38,663 nt of DNA from Perkinsus olseni (Eukaryota): contig JABANN010000329.1 in the NCBI GenBank assembly GCA_013115125.1, positions 1 through 38,663 on the forward strand, read 5' to 3'. Positions 10,101 through 21,139 of the stretch are shown here, one piece after another. Below the pieces are notes generated by a model that did no database searches, was not told the origin of the DNA, and was given only the letters and a program-made list of their open reading frames with translations. The position numbers and the translations under genes are program-made. The first letter of the stretch is position 1; each line of letters opens with the position of its first letter.

Positions 10101-13100
10101 TACGCCACGCTGAGTTTTGGATTCTTCCAGTCTACTGTTCTTCAATGTTCAATTCCTCCGCCCAATGGAGAAGGATAAGTTGAGCTTTCGTACATCATGA
10201 CCCACGCCACCATCCCATGAGACTGGTATCCTCACGTCATCCCGAGTATCGCCCACACACACGAGAATTCGAGGCCTTCTCATTCTACTGCTGCGCTGCC
10301 GGCACGGCACAACAGAGCGAAGCACACTGAGAAGTCACTGCGAAATGGAGTGGAAAAGTTTTATCAAAAAATTCAGAAAAGATTTACCTTCTGTCAGCTG
10401 CCTTGAGGCGCCCCTCGCCACCGTCGACCTCAGATCTTCCAAGCTCACCAAATCCGTGTAGAAGTAGTTATTCAAATGCCGTGGCTCAGGCCTAATAGAA
10501 AGATATCTTCTCAACCACGGAAGATACAAAATAGGTCAAGTTGAAGGCTGTCATGTAACCCTACTCTCTGAGCATCAGATAGCCTGCATCTTTGCTCATC
10601 CCCTCCTGGTGTAGGGCCATAAACCTTCCCTTCTCATCTGCCAAGGCGTCCACCTGATGAACGTGAAATCGAAATACTGTAGGGTTGCTGATTCCTAATA
10701 GACTCGCCATGGATCCATTTTGGTGTGACGGGACTACCCAGCCTCGTCCGCTATGAGCCCACGAAGCGTCCTGGTTTGCACTACTAACACTCAATCATGA
10801 AGACATTTCAGAAAGTTGAACGCTCACCGGCCATACCACTCCTTTCCCAACTCACCGGTTTGAAGTTGAACTTCATGGCAGTGGCAGCGTTCCCTCTCAG
10901 ATACCACACCCCGTCCAACTTCTCTATCCACTTGAACACGCCGGCCACCCACTCCTTCTTAATGCCGCCCCCCGAAGTCATTACACCACCCGATGAGGAG
11001 GAGGAGGCCCTGGACCCTTCTGGATACGTTGCTCTCGTCGGCGTGGCTGGCGGGGCGTCTTCGAGCCTCTCAGGGGCAGCAGCAGCAGCAGCCGAGGGCT
11101 TCGGTGTGGGTCGGGGATTGAGGAAGCCCATGATCTCGCTTGGTTTTACGGTATCTGTCGCCGACAGACTGTCGGAGCGAGGTCACGGCAGAAGCTGGAT
11201 AGACAGGTATCTTTCTGCAATGTTCTATACAGACCTTAAGATTCTAACATAGTCTAGCGCGACTACGTACCAGATATTTTAACGATTAATACGAGACTCG
11301 TCAGTGGAGACCTGCATTCATACCACTCCTTCCCCAACTCCTCCTTACTCTGATTATAGCTCGGCAGCACACCATCCGGTTGCCCAGGTCGTATCTTATC
11401 CACCCATTCTGGTTGTCGTCCAGTCCCTTGGTTCCCAACCATCCGGGGGGAGTTGAAATCCTCCCGGTAGGGCCCGCGGTCTCCCACAGTACGCGGCGGC
11501 TGCAGGCTGCGCCCCACTTCTGAATGGCCCTGACCAGCGGCGACCTCCCCTGAGGTACCCTCCACTGTTCCGTTCCTCCGAGGACTGTCATCTCTCCGTC
11601 CCCCGCTATCACTTCCGTCCCTTGAATACCAACTGCCATCCGAGTACGATGACGAAGTAACACTACTGCTGCTCCTGCTTCTCCTTCTATAGCGTCGATA
11701 ACGCGATCTGCCACTACTCAAGTCAGTGTAGTACCCGTCTTCCGAAGTGTCATCAGCCCGGCTGTCGGAGCCATCGCGCATCCTGCCTGACCTCCGTCCC
11801 CTCTCGGAGCTCCTCCTACTCTCCTCTGAATCGAAGCTTCCCCGCCGGCGGCTTCTGTCCGCTCGAGGGCTTCTACGATCGTCCTCAGATCCGCGCCGCG
11901 AGCTCTGGCCACCTTCTCTCACGCCTCCACTTCGCCCGTCATAATCTTCCCTGTGCGTAGTCGAGCATCTTTCGTCATCACTCTGATAAAAAGAGCTACC
12001 TTCACTGCCATCCTCCTCGGCAAAACTTTCCCTTCGCTCCGCCGCCCTTTCTTCCTGACCCCTCCAAGCCCTCCCCGAACTCCCCCCAGGCAAGTCCTCA
12101 AGCTCATCCCCCCTCTCCCAACTTATGCCACCCCGACCTTCAAGATACTCCTCTGCAGCGTCACCAGCCGCCACCGAGGTCCCCCACGGTTGCACCGTCC
12201 ATGGGCCGGAGGAACTCTTCTGCGGCTGCACCGTCCACGACCTGTCCTCTCCTCGCTCCAGACCAGCCGACTCGAACTCAGACACTATCGCCTGCTTATC
12301 ATAAGGAACGTACTCGTACTCAGCCCATGGCGAGATTTCCGGCAGCTGATCGACCTCCGGAGCAGACATCTCCGCCGAAGCGCTCGGCAACGTTTCCTTC
12401 GCTACCGTTTGTGGAGCCTCTACGTCCTTTCTGACACCTCTAGCTATCCCGTTTCTCTCCTTCGCAATCTGCTCATAGTACCCCGAGTACGCATTATAAC
12501 CGCCCCGGTGCCCGCGGCTCGACGGGACCGGTCGCGACTGGGAACTCGGGGGCGCCACTTCCCGGCCGATCGATGGTACAGCGTACTGCACGGGCGGTTT
12601 CCTGGGCAGCTTCCCATAGATCGCCTCCCTGTCTCGATCGTAAGTCCGTCCATACTCGGGCCTCTCGCCGGCAGAATTCTCAGCCCTCGGCGGAGAGAAG
12701 GTCGAGCCACCGAGCGGAAGGCGCGGGGGAGCACTCGCTGGCTTTGGTGGGGGGCTCTCAACCACTTGCTGAGATTTCAAAAACTCCGCCCACTCCGGCA
12801 GATTCCTCTCGACATCGTCTCCGTTGGGATCCAACTCGATGTCCATCTCAATGATCGTCTCTGAGGGCACCTCAGTCGGCCACATCATCTTCAAGCTCGA
12901 CCCTGCCGTCCGGTGCCTCGGTGGCCGGGAAGGCGGCGGGGGTCGTGACGGAGCGCTCTTCTCAGGAGTTGCGGCAGCAGCAGCCCGGAATGGCGTCGAC
13001 AACAACACCGGTCGAGCAACTCGGTCAGACGCCGCCGAAGCCGGGATCGGTTTCCCGCGAGTGCGAGGAGAGGAAGGCATCGTATCTTGAAAGACAACGG

Positions 13101-13248
13101 ACCTCACGAAGACACGATCCTCAATTCTCAACAGTGCGTTCTCAGAAGAAAACTCCGAGACCCCAGTATCCGGGGCGAAGTGTGATGCAGTGGAGAGGTG
13201 AAACGTAGCCGAAAAACTTCTCAACCTATTGAGAAGTGTCGCGAGCAT
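7180..13248 (-). CDS. Large multi-exon RRM-containing RNA-binding protein with long Pro/Arg/Ser-rich N-terminal region (may be two genes)
   Basis: 661-codon first ORF; later exons give RNP2-like ILFVYGFPRSYSEDDLKEAFSKFGEVQEAK (about 8750-8850) and RNP1-like GAGYGWIRYATREECERCI (about 8570-8630); possible degenerate second RRM IEYFAKDYGKIFELRVF (about 7790-7850). Exon linkage is not fully resolved. Confidence 0.55.
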
Positions 13249-13933
13249 TCAATGACGATGGGTGACCTCACCGAACTCTAGACAGCGTTGAGGTTTTGCA
13301 AGATTGCAAGATTCACACTCACTTGTCGCACCCCGATTTGGAGCCAGCTTCCGGGCGACATCAGCCGCATTCACTACCAGGTCGCCATCATCCGAGAAGT
13401 CGTCTCTCTGAAAAAAAGTACTCACCACGGATCCAAGTTATTTTGCATGATCCCATGATCAACCTCAAGATTCCCATCGTCCCCAAAGGACACGAGGTCC
13501 TGCCGACGTTGGGGAGACTATCGGGGTTACCCTCGTGAACAGGAAGACCCGAGAGCATCCCTTTCTACCACGGAAGCGCTACGAATTGGCAAAGAGGACA
13601 CATAAGTATTGGTCCGCTACCTGGCTGAGCTCTCCGCGTTGTTGTTCATTATTCTGCCGCCGCTGCATGAGGGGATCGCGGAGCAACATGCATGAAAAGT
13701 GTCTACAACTGCTGCCGCCAACAACAACGATTACCCTCAGAGGACCCACCCCAGTTGACGTCTGTATCACATGGTAACGGTGGACGAACCCTGCTACAGC
13801 CAGTTCTTTGTAATGCGAAGACAGATATGATTCCTCAGCGACTACCACTACTACTATCACTACTTGTACCACTTCTACTGCATGCCCACCGAGGATTGGA
13901 CAAACGCGGGTGCCAAACCTGCTCAGAAACGTA

Positions 13934-16350
13934 TCAGCCTGACCGAGAGCCACGAACACCATAAGCATCTCCTTCATCGTCTTCATCGTCATCGTCATCG
14001 TCGTCAATCACTTGCCGCTTCCTCCAAACCCCTGTCTCCCTCATAGACAATGGCGGAACAACAGGGTGCGGTCCAGCCCCTTGGAATCTTGCAATCTTGC
14101 TCTGCTCCTCAACGCTCCCCCCAACTTCACCACCACTATCCTCAACCTCTAGGCCCCTCAACTGCTGAACTTTCCACGCTAGCAGTCGAGCTCGCTCCGC
14201 GTCCGCTGGCGTCGGTTCACCGACCGACTCAGGCGACCCGGAGTCCCTCGCCTGCCATACAGCCGGGGCCTTCAATGCCTTCTCCTCCTTGGACTCCTTC
14301 TTAGGGAAAAACTTCAATAACAAATAGGGCGGTATCCAAACCAGCAGCGGCAGCAGGATGTAGTAGGACTGAAAACGAAGTCAGCGGATACCGAGTGACG
14401 AAGGAGCGCGGATCAGCTCGCCCCATCCCAGCGAGGGATTTCCTACATAAACCCAATCGACCCGTGGGGGCTTCCGCAAGTCATACTCATACTGTCGCAT
14501 CTGCCTCTTGAAGCTTGTCCTCATCTGCCTGGCCAGTAGCCCCTTCACTCGCTCCGTATGAGCCTGCGGTAAGGAGATGACGTCCAGAGGGAAGACCAGG
14601 GAGCCCAATGGAGACACGCCACGGCAATGCAACATTTAGAGTACCACACCAGCAGCAACTTATATGGCGATCCCAACGTCCAACGGTTGGACCCTCAGAG
14701 TCTGCTGCCTCCGAGTTCCACCATACCACTACTATTCCTTTCACCAGTCTTAGGAAGGGGGAGACGGAACCCTCTACGGCGAAGGCGCCACGATGCGGCA
14801 GGTAGCGCAGCCCTGCCCACCTCGCCGCAGACGAGTCCAATCCGCAAAGTATCGCTGAGGGGAGGGTCGGGGAGCCGCTGCAAGTCCGCCAAAAGATCCG
14901 CGATCCCGCACGGACCGCCCACATCACAATCCAATGCTTCTCGACGACCACTGCTCTCATTTTCCTCTTTTTCCATCAGAATTTTCCGCCGAGCTTCCGC
15001 CTCTTCCCGCAACCTCTTCGCTTGCGCCAAAGGGTCCATTTGGCCAGGAAACAGCGGTACATGCGGCCCCTCCGGCTCTGGCGGCAGCTCCTCGATTCTT
15101 CCACCGCTATCAAGCTTGTCTTTCCCTCGCAGGACCTCGACGTCCTCACCAGCAGCATTACGACTGGACAGCCATCGAGACCTTATTGAATCCAAGTGGG
15201 CACGTTGCGCGAAAATGCGCTCTCGTTCGGTGTAACTGAACGCGGCAACATACCAACTCCATCCAGGAACAGCGACTCCATCCTACAAGCCAATGAATTC
15301 GAGAGCTTGCGACCGCGAAAAGCGGAGGCTCAGCCAAGAGCTGCGCTACAGGCTGTTGATTTCAACATCCACTTCAACGACATTCTCCTCACGAACCCTC
15401 ACGGAACTTCGATGCTCATCTCCCAGCAGCTCCGCAAAAATATAGGAAAGTTCAACGCCCATGCCCTCCCTGAGCATTACAGAGTGTGCCACGCCGATGG
15501 GCACTTCTTCTCCATCTGCGCCGGATTACGCTTGCCCGAGAATCCCCCAACTTGAATGAGCTGCCATGGGAACACCAGATGCCGCCACTGCATCCTCCGC
15601 TCCGTCGCTGTACGCAGCCGATCGATCGGGACCAGTCGGACACCTGCCGAAAGCGAATGACTGCATGGCTCAGGAAGGCTCACTGCGATGCAAGATCGGC
15701 ACAGCTGACTAACTCACTCGGCAAGGCTTCCCGCAACTGGAAGCCGATAGCCTCGAGACGGTCGCTAGAGTCTAGAAAGGAGTGGTCGCTTTCAACGCTC
15801 GATTTCCACTCCTCGAAATCTGAGAGAGGAAAGTGATTGAGGTTATCTCGACTTGGGGGACGTGAGGGCCGTGTTCGCTCGCATGATTCGACTGGATTGA
15901 GCAGTCCACCAGGCGAGGCCATTTGAGATGTTTCAAAATCCATTCGATCGGTCGGACCTCTCGCGGGGTTTGATCACCCTCGCAGACCAGCGCCATCTCT
16001 CCACTACCTTCGGCCGTGAGCCTGAATGACTTAGCGTCGGCTTCCAAGTAGACAACCTGTGGTCGGAAGACCTTCAACACCTCCAATGCAGCTTCTGATG
16101 TTTTCCGATTCCCATGAACAACTCCGACCACGCGCCCGAGCGCCCTGCGGACATTCGGTGGCATTCCTAGCAAAGCCTTTGGGAAAAACAATCCTGTCCA
16201 AGTCAACTCTCATACCCCAGTCACGACTGAAATTCCATGACATTCCCAACTAGTCGACCCTCTTGAGGAGGGCCTCTTCCGATCTCGCTCCTCACATCAC
16301 CACAGCAAGCTCGCACCACGATGGTCTAGCCAAGGCCAGCCATATCGACC
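13934..16350 (-). CDS. TraB/TRABD-family protein with C-terminal membrane segment and acidic tail (start approximate)
   Basis: TraB motifs in order across exons: VVGVVHGNRKTSEAALEVLKVFRPQVVYLE, GSGEM, GVRLVPIDR, TERERIFAQ, spliced IGLVCGE|AHTERV (GxxH), then hydrophobic YYILLPLLVWIPPYLLLKFF and poly-Asp. Confidence 0.65.
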
Positions 16351-16586
16351 CACCAGCGCTCCCCAAAATTGACTTCACTGTAGAGCGCAGAGCACCGAGC
16401 ATCATTACACCCCTTGGTGGTACGTACGTTATCTTGGTCGATGAATAGCGTTGATGTAATAGTCACACAGTAGAAGAAGCATCATCATATAAGAGAGGGA
16501 AAATAGAGTAGCGGTGAACTCTCGACAGGACGACCAGTACTCCGGCCGTCGAGGAGTAAGTAATTGTCATGCTTCTGCTGAAACTC

Positions 16587-18644
16587 CTACCAGCCCATCA
16601 GATTGCGAACCATGTCACGCTCAGCCTTCAGTTCTTGCACGTTGCGCTGCAGCATCGAATATCCGAATCTAAAAGGGAAAACCTCTTCCGAGGCAAGCGG
16701 GATTTTTCCGGTGTAGTACTCAGTCATTTCCAGGCCTCCAACCTTGGTCCAGCTCTCACCATCAGTGATGACGGGGAAGGAGAAACAGAGGTCAGTATCG
16801 ACACCGTATCTGAGAGACGGGCCTTCAGTAAGACTGGCAATCGTAGGTAGGCAGCGATCGAGGTGGATAACAACCAGTAGTGAGCTAATAATGAGGTGTC
16901 AGAAGAGCATGTAGTGAGAGGGCCCATCGCGCCGTGTTGAAGGACGGGTAGTCAGAAACTCTGTGTGACACCGTGTAGCGAAGCTGTCTAATTCGCCAGC
17001 TAAGCCTTACGAATCAATGCCGTAGCTCTCCTTGTTCTTTCCAATAACGGCCATGGACACCCACTTGTTATCCGAGCCCAGTGCCCAGTCGCGCATCTGG
17101 TCAACGCACGACATAGCCGCCGACGGGGCAGACGACTTGCCTAAGGCGTGACGACAAATGAAAATATGGTAGCGTGTTGAACAGACCGCTTACCGGCAGC
17201 CTCAATAATCTCCTTCCCTCTCTGCTGCACACGAGTCATGAACTCGTTGGTGATCCAATCAGGGTGGGGGAGCAAATCCTTGATCTAAGAACGAGTCGTG
17301 TACACAGCGAGAGCACACTGCAGTGGAAACAAGCATCAGTCAACGCGCACCACGCGTTCCGGCATAGAAGTTGAAATCCTTAGCTTCACTGTTGACGATA
17401 ATTAACGATCTACCATCACCCACCCTAACTGTGTCGCGTCGACAGTGTTGACTGTTATAACCGCACCACTGTGGAACCCAGTGTAAACGAAAGTGAGTGA
17501 AAAGAAGCAATCGCCGAAGAAAGCGGGGATACGATTTCACCTTCCGTCCGCGAACGGTAGCATGGTTGACATCAGGATACATATTAGGAGAATGATTTCC
17601 CCAAATGACGAAGTTGTCGATGTGCGTGGGGTGGATATCCAGACCCTCATGATGGCCATTGATGCAATGGGCGAGCTGCAGGAGGCCTCTGTTATGGTCG
17701 AGCCGAGTCATGGCCGTGAAGTTCTCAGCAGGGACGTGTCTGAGGCGGGGAAATGGCACAGTTCGGGAGGGCTGAAGACAGTGTAATAATCGGCGATGCG
17801 ATCGATGGCGGCTTCTTCAGAAAGAGTGGGTCGATCTGCCGCTATCATCAGTAACAATCCCCACTTTGGTCGCAATTCTGTCGAGGAGGCAGCCGCAAGA
17901 GCGATGAGGCGACTACTCCATTGCGAAACTAATGTGCTGCTCTTCCCGTTTGAGTGTCTTACTTAGAGTTGGAAGCCGCGATGAGAGCGTTGGTGTTGGC
18001 GGGATTGCCGACAACAACCACCTTGCAGTCCTTGTTGGCCACCTCCCCGAGGACCGTTCCCTCCTGCTTGAAGAGGGCTCCCGAGATTTGCAGCAAATCC
18101 GAACGCTCCATACCTGCCATAGACCGCCACTACGCTTCCCATTGGCAGAGGCGAGTGATCAGAATTCTCTCGAGGTGATGGCTGAAATCCAAGTCATAGT
18201 AGCCCTTCCCTCTCACCAGCCTGACGAGGGGGTGAGCCGACCAAACAGGCATAATCAGCGTCGCCGAATGCCTCCTCGTAATTGTCGGTGGCAACGACCT
18301 TGGCGAGGAGAGGGGCACAGGTATCTTCCAATTCGAGAACCAAACCGCGGAGGGCTTCACGATCTCTAGAATACAGGTGGAGTATCACTGGTTGATTCAC
18401 ACCTGAAGTGAATTATAAGATACCTACTCGCGCACAGCGAAGATTTTGTTGGCTCTCCGTTCAGAAAAAGATACCCCCTACTACCGAGCATATCTCCCAT
18501 AGCAACCCTGAATGCCAAATTGGTGCCAACGGATCCTCGGGCTCCGGTGATGGCAACCCTGGCTGGCGGGAAGGTCCTGAACTTCATTTTATGGAAGCCA
18601 GCGGCGGCGACGGTTTGGAGTCTGGGCATGCAACGTGTAAGCAT
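16587..18644 (-). CDS. MDH: Malate dehydrogenase, type 2 (cytosolic/MDH1-like family), with N-terminal transit-peptide-like extension; multi-exon
   Basis: [101 protein letters not shown]; ends NLMGW*. Confidence 0.93.
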
Positions 18645-19098
18645 TGTTGTTAGAGTGGCAGGAGGAGGAAGATGATGATGAACTACGACAAAACTCGTCC
18701 CACCTCCAGCAGTGTTGGACGCCGAAGAGACGATTCTCAGCCCCGCGCAGCAACTGACACGCGAAGGCACTACTAAGTTACTGGTACTAACTTTACGCTC
18801 AGTCCACAGGGCGCTCGATGCAGATACAGGAAGACTGAATCGAGGGTACCCAAGCCTCATTCCGGTAGGGGGGAACGAATAACTTGGGCGATTAAGGTTG
18901 CCGGAGAGCCTGGAGCTCCAGCAGAGACAGTCTCAAGATGAGGATTCGGGAACACTCATCTTGCTCCGGTCAAGCACGCCGTTAAGAAATCGCCAAGACA
19001 ACGCAAGAGAGCAAGATTTCCAATTTCTCGTCTTCCACAACACGACACATCACCGCCTTCAAGAAACTTGACTGAACAGAGAATAAATACAAATGGCT

Positions 19099-20762
19099 TC
19101 AGTCGCTACTGGTGGAAGTACCCTTTACCAATTGGAGCATCTCATCAGTGACCTCATTAGGAGCAGTGAGGACCAAGTCGTGGGGTTGTTTGGGAATGAT
19201 TCTATAAGACAACTTCATGGACCCCTCAAGAGTGTCCAAGAAGTGCGCAACCTTCGGGGTGTCAACCGTTCCATCATCACCCGCCAGAAGGACACGTACG
19301 GGACACTTCACCTGAAAGGGGCATACACGATAGCCTTCATAATCACCACCTGCTAGACTTCAGAAGCTCCTCAACTACCCCTCGTCCGAGGCTCGGCAGG
19401 AAGCAGAGGAGCCAGTGGCTCGCCGAGTTGAGCATTCGACTACTGAACCGACCGGCTCGCCTACCTCTGGAAGATATCGTATTAGTCCATCCTCCAGTGG
19501 GAAGTCCTTGAGAGTGTTGGTGTAGGCTCGGAAGAAGGCTGGATTGTACATCCAATCGATCATAGTATTCTCGTGAATCTTGGGGAACTTCTCGGGGTCA
19601 AAGAAAAGCTCATAGCTGATAACCTCGGCCAGGACGCCCAGGATGTCGGAGAACGGCGACCTCGCCTTCTTAATTATAGGGAGGAACCACTCTTCCAATT
19701 TACCCAGGCCACATCCCGCAGGACAAATCGCGAGAACGCCTGAGCAACAAAGTTGAAGGGAGCCGAGACTGACCATCATCAGCATTATCACCATTGATTC
19801 TGCCAGGGTTGGCAGCAGCGCAGTGGACCACCACGCATCCCCCGAGGGACATGCCCAACAAATAAACAGGGCGATCGGACGGCACCAACTTGTCGACTAC
19901 CGTCATAATTTGCTTAGAGTAACGGGAGGCGTCATAGCGACCTGGAAGCAGAGCAACTGCGAATGCTACAGAAAAGGCCAACCACTCGCGGCTGAGCTCA
20001 GCCGGGTTCCCGAATCCGAAAGGCACAATTTCCCCAATCTTACCGCTTTGAGGACAATCAGAGAAACCTCTGCCCCACAAGTCAATCAAAAGTAGCTGGT
20101 AGCCTTCATTTTGGAGCCGATTGAGTATCTCGTCTCGAGGGAAGAAGGTGCCGTCACTTCCAACACCGGCGATCAAAACAATAGCCCCCTTGCACTCCAC
20201 TAGGTCCGGCACTATCTCATACACCTGCGAGGGAATGAAGCTTCCATACAGGCCCGAAGGAAGCAGCATCCTAGCGTTAAATCAATGAGATCGAGCTGGT
20301 TAATCACGAGTGGCAAAGATACCAACCTTTCGTTGAACAAAGAGACGACCGAAGACTCCTCCTACATGAGTCTTATAGCCATCAACGTCAACATACTTGC
20401 CCTCCCTCTTGGTCGATGGACGCCAGTCGCCTCCACGCTCAAGATTCTTCTCCATCTTGTACCTGCCACAATGACCTAACTCTCCCTTTCTTTTCCCGGG
20501 CCCAACAGATGAGGATCCATCACAACAACCACCAGCCTGAGTAGCGACTCATGAGCTGAGGTGCCCCGAAGTCACCATGACACCATTCGAGTACATCTCC
20601 GCCGCCACCGGCGACAAGCGATGTGTATCATTACTTGGGGATGAACCACAGCCAGAGGAATCCAATGAACCCAACGAGCATGGCGAAGGCCACTCGTGGT
20701 AGTAGGCCAGCAAAATATAGAAGTATCGGCGCTGTTATCCAACCGTAGATGACACTGTTCAT
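19099..20762 (-). CDS. Alpha/beta-fold hydrolase with N-terminal membrane anchor; multi-exon
   Basis: IDLWGRGFSD, nucleophile elbow GMSLGG, acid LAGDDGTV, His PHDL; N-terminus MNSVIYGWITAPILLYFAGLLPRVAFAMLVGFIGFLWLWF is strongly hydrophobic. Confidence 0.88.
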
Positions 20763-21139
20763 TAGCTAAAATACAGTACTGAACGATAACACCGATAGCA
20801 TCACTGCAGTAAGCTCTCTAGGATACGAACGCAGGGAAGGTTGCACGATAATCGAGAAGCTAGTAGCACGTGGATTGCGTGGGCGAAACTCTTTGAAGCC
20901 CGTAGGCCACCCTCATTGAGGTCAGATTTGCCCAGCTGCCACTCAAAAAAGCAGGCAGCGATGCATGCCGGAAACGCGGGAGAGGCGAACCTACAGCATC
21001 TTACTGGGGGTGTCTAATGCGCTCTAGGCACAACTGTTGGTCAGGGCTCGTCAGGTCGGTCTGTCAAGCCTACTATGAATAAACATTCAATCCCCCGTCC
21101 AGCCCACCCAAACCAAAAACACACGGGGCCACGGAAAAA

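Noticed and set aside
11953-12864. 303-aa plus-strand ORF and similar antisense ORFs (9400-9963, 14627-15235, 24325-24819)
   Set aside because: Shadow ORFs opposite GC-rich or low-complexity coding exons.
13296-13950. Small plus-strand spliced gene
   Set aside because: Some GT-AG-compatible segments exist, but no clear start and no domain; left uncalled.
17800-17860. Box C/D snoRNA in an MDH intron (TGATGA...CTGA on the minus strand)
   Set aside because: The boxes are only about 25 nt apart, with no terminal stem or clear second box pair.
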